Positions 1 to 10,074 of a stretch of 20,000 bases of DNA are shown here, one piece after another. The notes beneath the pieces are model-generated. The model worked only from the letters and a program-made list of their open reading frames with translations, did not search any database and was not told the DNA's origin. Location of the stretch: positions 3,948,175 to 3,968,174 of the forward strand of contig MU053561.1 of assembly GCA_013239625.1 (NCBI GenBank), given 5' to 3'. Each line of letters opens with the position of its first letter. The first letter of the stretch is position 1. This stretch comes from Lama guanicoe (taxonomy: Eukaryota). The position numbers and the translations under genes are program-made.

Positions 1-855
1 AAGTTGAGCATTGTCCATAATACTTAAGAGCTATTTCCACCTTTTCTGTTCAACAGTCTCTATCTCTAACAGTCCGTTTTTTCTATAGGGCTATTGGCTT
101 TTTTCTTCTCTATTTCTAGAAATGATTTTTATATATTATGAATATTAGCCATTAATCTGTGATGTAAGTTGCAAATATTTTTCTTGGTTTATCTCTTGTC
201 TTTTATTTTACTTATGGTGTATTTTTCCATATAGAATTTTTTTAAAAATTATGGAATCACATTTGTCATTCTTGTCTCTTAACTATATTTAGATTAAGTT
301 TTCACTACCTTCAGATTATTGAAATAACCTGTTTTATTTTTTGGTACTTGCATGTGTATGATCCATTTGGAATTTATCTTAATGAACAGTATGAGGGATG
401 CATCCAAGTTTATTAGTGTCCATGTGACTATTCAATTATCCTAACACCACTTTTTAAAAAGTTAATCTTCCTCTCTGCTGATTTGAGATGCTAAGTTTAT
501 TGTATACCAAACATTCATTAGCAATTGGATCTATTTTTTCTTTTGTTTTATTATGTGCTAACATTAATCTATTTAATTATAAAGGCTTTATAGTATATGT
601 TTTAGTGTCCAGTATGGCCCCAACTCAATATTCTTTTTTTAGGGTTATCCTATCTATTCATACTTATTTGCTCTTCAACTGAACTTTATAACTTAATTGT
701 CTAGGTGGGTCTAGAAAATAACCTGAGAGCATTTTATTGGGATTGCATTACACGTATAAGTTAACTTGAGAGAACTGATATCTTTATAAAATTGAGTCTT
801 TCTATCCAAGAACATGGTATATTTCCATTTGTTCAGGTCTATTTTTATATCATGA
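1..855 (-). mobile_element. Old LINE-1 fragment (L1M/L1ME-like), 3' part of ORF2, antisense
   Basis: T-rich, with degenerate antisense L1 landmarks: 'gttgagcat', 'ttgcaaatattttt', 'atccatttggaattt', 'ttttattgggattgcatt', 'ttgagtctttctatccaagaacatggtat'. Runs off the left edge of the window. Confidence 0.85.
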
Positions 856-859
856 TCTT

Positions 860-1575
860 TGAGTAAAGCTGAAGCCAAAGGCGTAACTATAGAACCCTTT
901 GCTGAAGCTCGGAAATATTGTAGGCAGTGCCTAACCATTTAGAATAGTTTCTCAATATCTCAGGTGTGTGCCTCTCAGACCCTCTCTGTTGCGTAAGAGA
1001 GTGTCTAAGATTCATCAGGATGTGTCTCTCAGTAGCCTCGTGAGGAGCCCAAGGAAAAGGAAGGATGATTTTGTGATTTGGAGGGACACCTTTTGTATAA
1101 TGCGGTGAATTATAAATTGATACATAAGAAATGCACTAACATTTTAAAGAAATTATGCTAGGTTGGACTGAAAGGAACAAAGACAGTGTAAAATAAAGAG
1201 AGTCCTTCAGACTCCTCAACTTCCATGGGCAGGAAACAGCCCAAACTACTCTTGCAAACGTGGATTCTCCTCATGGGAATGCAGAGATCACTGAGAGGGT
1301 GAAGCCAAGGTGATGGAGTACGGCCCCCAGACAGCAAGACAGCCCTAAGCAAGGAACTGGCGACGCGTGCCCAGCTAAATCTCAGGACTGCGATAGACTG
1401 GTGCCTGCCTTGTTTCCCCTTTTTGAACAGGAGTATCTATTCAGCTCTTCCATGCCTGTCACACCGTTATACATCAGGTGTGGGATGGCGCGAGATAACT
1501 TGTCTCTTTGGTTCGTAAGTCTTCAAATTGCACGTGGACATGATTTAGATGACATGATATTGGATCTTGAAGGCT
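860..1575 (+). mobile_element. MaLR internal sequence (MLT1-int-like), 3' portion
   Basis: The 3' part 'tttccccttttgaacaggagtatctatt...cctgtcacaccgttatacat...agataacttgtctctttggttc...tgatttagatgacatgatattggatcttga' matches the recalled 3' end of MLT1-int. Subfamily not resolved. Confidence 0.7.
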
Positions 1576-2899
1576 TGGGATAGGCCAAAGCAAATCCACT
1601 CTTACGACTGGACAACTCAGTGCTCCTGTCCTTCCAAGTGGACCGGGTCCCTTTTTTTTGTCTTTGTTTCAGGCCTTGTCTCCACACATGTTTCAGGGTT
1701 CTCGATTTGTTTTTTTTTCAAACACATCGTGTTCTTATTCTTTCATGCCATTTCTGACTATAGCTTCTCAAAATATGCTCCTCATTCCTTTGTCAAGCAA
1801 GATGGGGAGGTCAGGCCACATCAGTAACAGCAAGACTTTGAGCTGATGTTAGTCCTACGATGGGTACATCATTATCCTGGGAACAGCAGGTGAGCGTGCC
1901 CACACCTTGGACACCTCCCTCTCTTTTGATCGGTGCTGAAAAGAAGGGAAAGCACTGTGGCTTCATGTTTTATGTCTTTGTCTTCCCTTGCAGCTTCTGC
2001 CCCATCTATGTGGCCACTTTCAACAGGACTAAATGCAAATACTTTATTCTGACATGATCCCTTAGGAATCAAAGCAAAGTCTGATTCACTTAACTCAATC
2101 AATTGCTAGAATGTTCGCTTTGGAATCACACAGCTGATTTACATATGGTAAGTAAAACAAAAATTAGCAAATATTTTCTGAACTTGTAAAATGTTTTTAA
2201 GACACTCGGATGAGTCAGTGTTTAATCCTTTCTTCCATAAATAGGACAAAAGATCTTTGCCATGTTTTCCCTTAAGTAAATATATTTTAAAACTGTGCCT
2301 ACACAGTGTTTCAATTTGCTTTCCAGCTGTCACTACAAATGGACGTAGCAGCTGGAATGAAGGATAACACATCACACCTCAACTTTGAATTTCCTGCCTT
2401 TTGTTTTCTTGAATCCTAGCCTTGATGTTGTTTAAATAGTGCTCTGTCTATTTAATTTCCTTTTTCTCTTCACAAAGACCAAACCATTTTTAAAAATCAC
2501 CCCATCTTTCACAGTGGGTTATAAAAGTGTTCTTCAGCTGAAATTGAACTAGTCTCTTATTTAAACATGTAAATATGTATTTAGGCATTTTAATCCACTG
2601 TCATTTATTTTATTCATTGCCGGCTTGGGCAGAACTGTATTTGTGCACATTTTATCCACGTCACGTGCTTTGCAGTTAAAGATAACCCCGCTGATAGTGA
2701 CTGCTAATTGTGTGCACAAATGGTTGGGCAAAGAACACGCATCTTCCAAGGTACATGTACACAAGTTCTGTTCTTCGCTGTTTGCAGACTGTATCATTTA
2801 CGACTCTCTGTGTTCATCTCAGATCCTCCCTAAAGGGTCACAGGTATGTGGCGTTACAAGGATACTGAGATATTATTTGGCCCAGCTACTCAAAAGAAG

Positions 2900-3233
2900 T
2901 AGGCACCCACCATTCTCTGGACTCTCTTCCAGTGACATGACATTCAGCTCTTCAGAAAGGGAGCCCATTGCACTGCCATTTATCTCTAAGTATTAAAAAT
3001 TTCTTCCTTCTATTGAGCCAAAGTTTTCTTTCTTCTAACCTCCACCTGTTGATAGCACCCTTTAGACCCACACAGAATGTGTACAAGGAAGTCTTAGGAG
3101 ACAATTCTTACACCTTCTCTTTTTTTCTTCTCCAAATGAAAATTTCTCATTTCTTTCAGCAGTTCCTCACTCTCCTGATAACTGGCTCTCAACCCACATC
3201 AATGCGTCAACTTTTCTCTTTTGAGTAGTTCTT
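2900..3233 (-). mobile_element. L3/CR1 LINE, 3' segment (left half of a copy split by an L1 insertion)
   Basis: 'aatttcttccttctattgagccaaa...taacctccacctgttg...acccacacagaa...tcttctccaaatgaaaat...tctttcagcagttcctca' follows the antisense L3 3' consensus and is collinear with the segment resuming at 4356. Confidence 0.65.
3217..3233. repeat. Left copy of the 17-bp L1 target-site duplication (tcttttgagtagttctt)
   Basis: Identical 17-mer at 3217-3233 and 4339-4355, directly flanking the L1 sequence. Confidence 0.95.
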
Positions 3234-3315
3234 TTTTATAATTGAAGTAGAGTTGATTTATAATATTATATTAGCTTCAGGTATACAGAATAGTGATTCA
3301 CTATTTTTATAGATT
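3234..3315 (-). mobile_element. LINE-1 extreme 3' end (3' UTR terminus and residual A tail), non-inverted arm
   Basis: The reverse complement reads 'aatctataaaaatagtgaatcactattctgtatacctgaagctaatataatattataaatcaactctacttcaattataaaa', a typical laurasiatherian-type L1 terminus. Confidence 0.85.
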
Positions 3316-4338
3316 GGGAAAACTATACAGCTACATGTAAAAGAATGATATTAGAATGTATCCTTGTCCCACACACAAAAACAAACGCAAAATGGATTAA
3401 AGACTTAAATAAGACAAGAAGAAGTCATAAAACTCCTAGAACAGAACATAGGCAGAAAACTCCTTGGTATAAATCATAGCAGTATATTTTTGGATGCCTC
3501 CCAAGGCAAAAGAAATAAAAGCAAAAATTAATAAATGTGACCTAATTAAACTTCAAAGCTTTTGCACAGCAAAGGAAACCACTGACAAAATGAAAAGACA
3601 ACTTACTGAATGCAAGAAAATATTTGCAAATAATATGACCTATAAGGGGTTAATATCCAAAATATATAAACAGCTCATACAAATCAATATCAGGAAAATA
3701 AATAACCTGACTTTAAAATGGGCAGAAGACCTGAATAGACATTTTTCCAAAGAAACAAACAGATGGCCAACAAGCACAGCATCATGCTCACATCATTAAT
3801 CATCAGAGAGATGCAAATCAAAACCACAGTGAGATACCACTTCACACCTGTCAGAATGGCTATTATCAAAGAGTCCAAATAACAAACGGAGAGTATGTGG
3901 AGAAAAGGGAACCCTCATACACTGTTGGTAGGAATGTAAACTGGTGCAGCCACTATGGAAAATAGTATGGAGGTTCCTTGAAAAACTAAAAATGTAGTTA
4001 CCATGTGATCCACCAATCCCATCCCCGTTATATAGCTAAAAAAAAAATGAAAACACTAATTCAGAAAGATACATGCACCTCAATGTTCATTGCAGCATTA
4101 TTTATAATAGCCAAGACATGGAAACAACCCAAATATCCATCAACAGATGAATGGATAAAAAAGATCTGACATATATAGATATAGATGTATACACACACAT
4201 ATACCCACAATGGAATATTACTCAGCCATAAAAAATGAAATTCTGCCATTTGCCACAATGTGGATGGACTTAGAAAGTATTGTGTCTAGTGGAATAAGTC
4301 AGACAGAGAAAGACAAACACTGTATGTTCTGACATATG
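3316..4338 (+). mobile_element. LINE-1 ORF2 C-terminal region and start of 3' UTR, inverted arm (non-functional)
   Basis: ORF 3494-3799 gives L1 ORF2p-like '[21 protein letters not shown]...KIFAN...[11 protein letters not shown]...[13 protein letters not shown]'. Downstream are '[12 protein letters not shown]' and a broken CCHC motif ([13 protein letters not shown]). Frameshifts and stops are present. Confidence 0.95.
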
Positions 4339-4355
4339 TCTTTTGAGTAGTTCTT
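4339..4355. repeat. Right copy of the 17-bp L1 target-site duplication
   Basis: Identical to 3217-3233 and followed by 'aaaa', giving an L1 endonuclease-type site TCTT/AA. Confidence 0.95.
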
Positions 4356-5010
4356 AAAACAACTCATGCAGTCTGGCCAGTGCAGTGATACAAAGGAACT
4401 TACACATTCCTTTCTTCTTCTTTCCTCTAATGTGGTCTTTCTAGTGACTTGCCAGTTTTGACAACCAAGTTGCTTTCTTGAACTCATAATTAACTTATAT
4501 TTCAAAGTTTTGTGTGTTTTCATAAACGGTTAAGTCATATGCATTCCATTTAGTATTTTTACACTCGACTACTGGAACTAAAACATAGGACTTTGCATTT
4601 AAATCTCATCTTGTTTCTTTCTTCCTATTCGTTGTTCTGGAGTTATCTTTTGCCAATTGCATCAACAGACATATTGATTCTCTCTTCAAGCTTACTTTCA
4701 GCTGAAAAGCTACCAAGTATACCCTTTATGTCTTCATTTAAGCCATTGATGAAAACATTGCATAGGTTGGGGATCAGTATGGAAATCCTTGTCATGCCAT
4801 TAAAGACTCCTTTCCCTCCGCAAGTTTGTATCAATCCATTAATCAACAAGACCCACTTAATGGTCCTTCAACCAGCTATCTCTGGCCTAATTTCTGTCCT
4901 GTTCAAAAAGGTTTAATGAGAGACTTTGTCAAATGCTTTACTCAAACGCTATGTCTAAACAGCGCTTTCTTGACATATGACTTAATATCCCCATCAAGAG
5001 TTAATTAGAT
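4356..5010 (-). mobile_element. L3/CR1 LINE, reverse transcriptase region (right half of the split copy)
   Basis: ORF 4643-4849(-) 'LINGL...VFNGMTRISILIPNLCNVFINGLNEDIKGILGSFSAESKL' resembles CR1 RT '[40 protein letters not shown]'. DNA landmark 'atgagagactttgtcaaatgc'. Confidence 0.85.
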
Positions 5011-5084
5011 GCCCTTCTAAGGCTTTGATGGTAAACTATACTTACTCTGGTTTCTAGAAGAAAGTGCTCACCAGCAATATCAAG

Positions 5085-5750
5085 AGCAGAGTGACCTTGG
5101 TATTGGAAGAAGCTTCTTTTGAGATGAAGCAGGAGAATCTAGATTTTAGTGGCTGGAGGAAAGGCCAGAAGGTAAGCAAGTGGAAACAGCACGGACTGAT
5201 AGTTCTCACCAAGGCTGACTGGCGAGAAGGCTAGACAGCGTAGAAAGTCAAGGAGTTTTTTGCTTGTTTTGTAGGATAGGCTTGATTTGCACATGGTTAC
5301 CGGCTGGGGAGAGGACGCCAGTTGAAAGAAAAAGAATCTTCTGGAATTACAGAAGAGAAAGAGGATAACTAAGCAAGAACAGTACCCAAGAATAGTCAGG
5401 AGGTAGGAGGGGGCTCAAAAGGAAAAAAGAGGAACTTCTGTTCCTTACCAGTCTGACCTATCCTTGATGACAAGGGAAGTATGGTACCTACCTTTGCGCA
5501 TGGTGAATAAATGTGGAGACCATTTTCTAGGGTGGAAAGAAAAGGAGAAAAGATGATGTGAGTAGATGCTGGTAGATAAGGGGCAGCAAACGATGAGCTC
5601 CATGTTTTCTGTCACATAGGCAATGATGACATCTTCTGGTGGGGAACAGTCTAGGGTTGAACAGGGAGCTTGAGAGCAGCAGTTGAAGGGGAATCCAAAG
5701 GGCGCAGACCAGGATTAGTGTAAATATAATTGCTGGAGTCAAGACAGGAG
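5085..5750 (-). mobile_element. LINE-2 fragment, highly diverged
   Basis: Purine-rich, with 'gtgaccttgg...gcaagtggaaacagca...gtcaaggagtttttt...ccagttgaaagaaa' tracking antisense L2 ORF2. The right boundary is uncertain. Confidence 0.55.
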
Positions 5751-5789
5751 CTTATTATTCACAATTATACAATTAAATGCAAAATTATA

Positions 5790-6092
5790 CAAATAAATGT
5801 ATTCATTAAGCACCTATTATGTGCCAGGCACTGTTCTAGGTGCTGAAGATAGAGCCAAGAATAGAACAGACATTTTCCCTGCCTTCCCCAAGCTCACATT
5901 TTAGTGGAAGAGAAAATCAAGTAAACAGATACAGACAATTCTGATAGATGAAATTTTAGGAAAGAAGTTAGCACAGTGATGTAATAGATATTGACTAGGA
6001 GGTAGAAGAGAACACTATTTGGATACAAAGTGGTCAGGAAACCATCACTTAAAAAGTAGCATGTGAGTCAAATCCTGGAGCTGGGGGAAAGG
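5790..6092 (-). mobile_element. LINE-2 3' end
   Basis: 'attaagcacctattatgtgccaggcactgttctaggtgctgaagata...ccctgccttccccaagctcacattttagtgg...gtggtcaggaaa' is the classic antisense L2 terminus. Confidence 0.85.
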
Positions 6093-6250
6093 CAGTGGTG
6101 TTCTGATGAATTGGCTCTCAAAAAAGAGAAAAATAAAGAAAGCTCTGATTTATAGCTTTGCTGATTTTCATAGTGTAAATACACCACAGCCTATTTCCAG
6201 ATACTAATATGACATCACCGAATGCAGAGCTGGGAAGAAAGGTGCACATC
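6093..6250. mobile_element. MER63-like non-autonomous hAT (Blackjack) DNA transposon, one end missing
   Basis: Starts with TIR-like 'cagtggtgt'. Internal 'ctgatttatagctttgctgattttcatagtgtaaatac...tgacatcaccgaatgcagagctgggaaga' matches recalled MER63A. The second TIR is not seen. Confidence 0.72.
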
Positions 6251-6625
6251 TGGAACAGAGGAGAAAAACCAGAGATGGAGATACAATTTGCACGTCTTCT
6301 GCATCAAGATGGGGGGTGAACAGTGTGACTGGTTGGGATTGTGTAGAGAGAGTGTATTGATAGAGGAAAGATCAATCCCTGAAGAACTTAAGCATTTAGT
6401 GGTCAGCATTTGCTGACCAATGAAGTAACAGAGAAACAGGTCATTGTGCTGTCAGTAAAGCTGGGAGGAGGAAGTACTTCAAGAAGGAGGAGTAGTCAAC
6501 CGTGTTGAATGCCGCTGAAAGGTCAAGTAATATGAAGACGGAGATGTGCCCAGAGGACAAAGCAACACGGAGGTCCTGGGTAGCCTTGATGAGAGACACT
6601 TCAGGGGCTGGTGATGCAGAATGAA
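6251..6625 (-). mobile_element. LINE-2 RT region fragment
   Basis: ORF 6441-6767(-) contains 'EVSLIKATQDLRVALSSGHISVFILLDLSAAFNTVDY', matching the L2 RT motif 'ETALVKVTNDL..AKS.G.FSVLILLDLSAAFDTVDH'. Confidence 0.88.
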
Positions 6626-6859
6626 TGAGGGCAACAACACTGACTCTGACATGGCAAAGAAAAGCTGGCTTAGCCCGCTCCATCCCAGAGTCAGTCTCTC
6701 CTCTGGAGACGCTGGTGCAGTCCTCGGGGGAAGACAGCAGGAGGCCGACAGTCAGTCTCAGCACCACCCACTAAACAGCTGCACAATTCCAAGAAGCCAG
6801 GTAACACCTCTGGACCCTCATGTTCTCATCAATAAAATAAGTTGCGCTGAAATTCTATA

Positions 6860-6965
6860 TACTCATTTATTCATTCTGCAAATAAGTATCAAGCAGCTAT
6901 TTTATGACAGATCCTGGATAAGAAAAAGACCATGTCCTGCCCTTGAATAACTGTCTCTAGTTCAC
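6860..6965 (-). mobile_element. LINE-2 3' end fragment
   Basis: 'ctcatttattcattc...gtcctgcccttgaataact'. Confidence 0.5.
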
Positions 6966-7004
6966 TGACCTGCATTATAAACTTCTCATGTGTATACATG
7001 TGGC

Positions 7005-7115
7005 TCAGTTTCCCAACGGGATGGTGGGGTCCTTGAGGATGTATTTTTCTCCTCTTGGTGACCCCCACAGGGCCTAGTGCAATGCCCGGCATATATTGTG
7101 TAGTTAATATCAAGG
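7005..7115 (+). mobile_element. LINE-2 3' end fragment
   Basis: 'tccttgagga...cccacagggcctagtgcaatgcccggcatata'. Confidence 0.55.
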
Positions 7116-7169
7116 TAATGAATATGCTGCTATACTATTAAAAATAATATTTATTAATTTCTGACTCAT

Positions 7170-7350
7170 GTACAAATCCTGACTCTGCCCGTCATCATTT
7201 GGCAAATTACTATGGCAAATTATTTGGGCAAATTATTTTAAACTCTCTGTGCTCCAGTTTCCCTAACTATAAAAGGGGATAATAATAGTATCTACATTAT
7301 AATATGCCATAAAGATTAAAATAGGTGCCTGGCACGTAATAAGCTATTAG
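7170..7350 (+). mobile_element. MIR SINE
   Basis: 'aaatcctgactctgcc...ttgggcaaattatttt...ctctctgtgctccagtttcc...ataaaaggggataataatagta...gtgcctggcacgtaataag'. Confidence 0.8.
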
Positions 7351-7669
7351 TAGTAATAATATGTGCTCTCAGTAGAAAATTCAGAAAAATCAGAATTTAT
7401 GAAGAAGTGAATTAACTTAGTCATGACTTCACAACTAGAGGTGACCATTGTTAATATTTTGACGTATGTCCTTCTCACTCTTCTCTTTGCATGATGCAAA
7501 TAATTACACCCTAAACTCAAGTGGCTCAAATGGCAGTTCCACATGATGGTACTGTTGTTGAAAATATTGTGTAGAGCTCTTGTAATAATGCCTTTGATTT
7601 TCCCTTCCACAAAATAGAGTGACACTATGTTCATTCTATTCTGTTTCCAGAAATGTGCATATTAAAAGC

Positions 7670-7792
7670 TACCAGTTATTGAGTCTTTGCAGTTTGAGCA
7701 TTTTGTGTACATTACCCTACTGACTCATCACAATGACCCACTGTGGGAGGTATTATCCCCATTTTATTGAAGAGGAAAAGAGAGTCAGAGAA
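7670..7792 (-). mobile_element. MIR SINE, left part (split by an MLT1 LTR)
   Basis: 'tcatcacaatgaccc...gtattatccccattttattgaagaggaaaagagagtcagaga' is the antisense MIR core. Confidence 0.75.
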
Positions 7793-8186
7793 CATGGCGT
7801 TATTATCATTCATTAATATCCAGTTGTGCTCTCTTTCTGGGCTCACGTGAGTCATTATTCTCCGCCATACTGATATTAGTTGTGGCCATACCAATTTTGG
7901 TCAGTGAAGCATGGGTAGAAGTGATGAGTGTTACCTCTGGATGGGAACATATAATTCCCGATGCTTAAGTCTCCACCAGGCTTTCCTCAGCCACGGTGAT
8001 CATGGAAACCAGCATGGATATGGAGACTTAATGCTGAGCTGTGTGCGGAGAGCAGCTGTGCTGGAGTGTTGCCAAACCTCAGTCAGACTTTGCCTGTGCA
8101 AGAAGTAAAGCTTTCTTGTTGCAAGCCACTGAAACGTTGAGACTGTTTGTTACCACAGCATAGCTTGACCTATCCTGACTAAGGCA
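7793..8186 (+). mobile_element. MaLR solo LTR (MLT1I/J-like)
   Basis: The 3' end 'aagccactgaaacgttgagactgtttgttaccacagcatagcttgacctatcctgactaaggca' is typical of old MLT1 LTRs. Flanks gagaa/gagga fit a 5-bp TSD with one mismatch. Confidence 0.85.
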
Positions 8187-8270
8187 GAGGACTTAAAAGA
8201 CTCCCCAAGATTACAGAGCTTGTAATTAGAGCAGCAAGGATTTAGACTCAGATCTGTATGGAGCCCAGGT
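8187..8270 (-). mobile_element. MIR SINE, right part
   Basis: 'ttaaaagactccccaagattacagagcttgtaa...ggatttagactcagatctgt' continues the MIR interrupted at 7792. Confidence 0.72.
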
Positions 8271-10074
8271 TCAATCGTTTACCTAAGATGGGTCAGGCAA
8301 AGATTTTTGTGAGAGACGGAAAACAAACCTACTGTAACAATTACTGTCATCAGCTTTCTTATGTCGCCTTGAATATGGTAATGATAGCATCGTCTTTGCA
8401 GTTGTATGGCATTTCTCCAGATCTGCACATGTTGGGGGAAAAATAAGCAAAACCTTACCAATTATGGTGGGATACGTGTTTCCAACATTGTGAGAGAATA
8501 AGGAAAAGTCATGTTAAATTTATGAAGCAAGGAGAGTTGGTGGCAAAGCTTGAAAAACAAGAAGCATCTAAATGAAATAGTGCAAATTTAAAACTTCTAC
8601 CCAGCAAGAAGTTCCAATAATAAATCCTTCAGTGGAACCTCTGGGAGGCCAATCTAAGCCTCTTTGGGAAACAAAGGTGGTAAAACTGATAAGTCAGGCA
8701 GCTGGATAAAAGGCTTTGAAGACAGACATCACTGAACACTCAACCAGGATGAGTGGTTAAAACAGGCTGAAATAGACAGAATACAAAAGCAGTCATAGTT
8801 TTCAGATTATGACTGTTAAAACAGTATGAAGTCCTATAGTATATGATAAAACTATGACAGGAGCTCTGTAACTTGTAGGAAGAGTCCTGCACTACTGGCA
8901 CCTGACTGCTGGGGTATCTTTTCCAAAACCTGTGGCAGAAGCCCTGTGGTTATTATCATTTGTCGATTTCATCCATCATGGTGGAAAGCACTGAGTTTGA
9001 ATACAGTTCCTGAATTATTCAAAGAAATTAAAAACAGCATCTTTTAAGTGTCTCTAACCCTTCAGCACAACCTGATCAAAGCAGGCACTTCTTCAAGTCA
9101 GAGCATTAGTAACAAGGAAAAGAGATCTTTTTCTTAGGTCAGTAGACAAAGATGTAAATAGCTCCAGCTCCCCATTTCTTTATTCTCCCAGCTCTGATCC
9201 CAGGACAGGATATTGTCATGGTCCTTAGAGATGGGTGACAAATGAGGTGCTAATGGATCCCTTGGACTAAAGTTCAGACGCATGTGGGTTTTTGCCAAAG
9301 CTTTTGTCCAGAGAGAACCAAAGGAGCAGGAGTGGGTCTTGGTGCATCATCTGAGCAGAATGAATGTAGCATCAACTGCAGTAACCCGGGCTGTGACTAG
9401 GTTCTGGCATCTCCTGGCCCCTCATCAGCTCCACTGATGAGAAACAGGCCTCCCTTTCATGAGGTCGTCTCCACTGTGGCTCTTACATCAGAATCAGAGG
9501 TTTCATCAGTGCTGGCTTGATTGCCTTATCTGATATAAGCCATTTATATTCAAAAATTAAAGCATGTATGTGGTCAAGTTGTGCAGAGCATTACAAGGCT
9601 GTCTGTAATTTCCTGGCTAAACTAACACATACTCAAATGCTAAGCTTAAACATATTCAAAATAATGTTCACTCCACCTTTTCTCAACGGGAGACAATCAT
9701 AATACTTCATAAGAAATTCCTCACAATGAAGAGGTGTTTTTGCCATCTTGATGGAGTCTCCTTCTGTGCAAGTGAAAAATATTTTACTCTCTCAACAGCC
9801 CTTCATATGGGTGTAAAGAGAACCCTACGTACCAGAGCGCTGTGCACAATTTTCTAGCTCTGCAGTCAGAAGCGCAGCTTTCAGTTTTGGTCCCACAGGA
9901 TTCCAAGGACACAGAGCATGTTCCTAATTTATAGCCTTGTGATGTTCAATCCCCCCAGCAAAAAGTCAGAACTTACCTGTCATCTGAGTTCTTATTCTTT
10001 CCAGTCTCAGCACTTCTCTGTACTGAAAGAATATCTCAATTTCTGTGCAGGCAGGGAGTCTATAAAGAATCCAA

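Noticed and set aside
3316..4338. Active or intact L1
   Set aside because: Only the ORF2 C-terminal part is present. It is frameshifted, has a stop in the CCHC region, and is inverted relative to its tail.
5763..5799. 20-bp-period duplication aattatacaa(t/a)taaatg
   Set aside because: A low-complexity AT-rich slippage product next to an L2 tail, with no sign of function.
9421..9445. Hammerhead ribozyme (ctgatga...gaaa) within the perfect hairpin ctcatcag-ctcca-ctgatgag
   Set aside because: On the plus strand CUGAUGA runs straight into GAAA with no stem II. On the minus strand no correctly placed GAAA or stem III follows. It is just an 8-bp inverted repeat.
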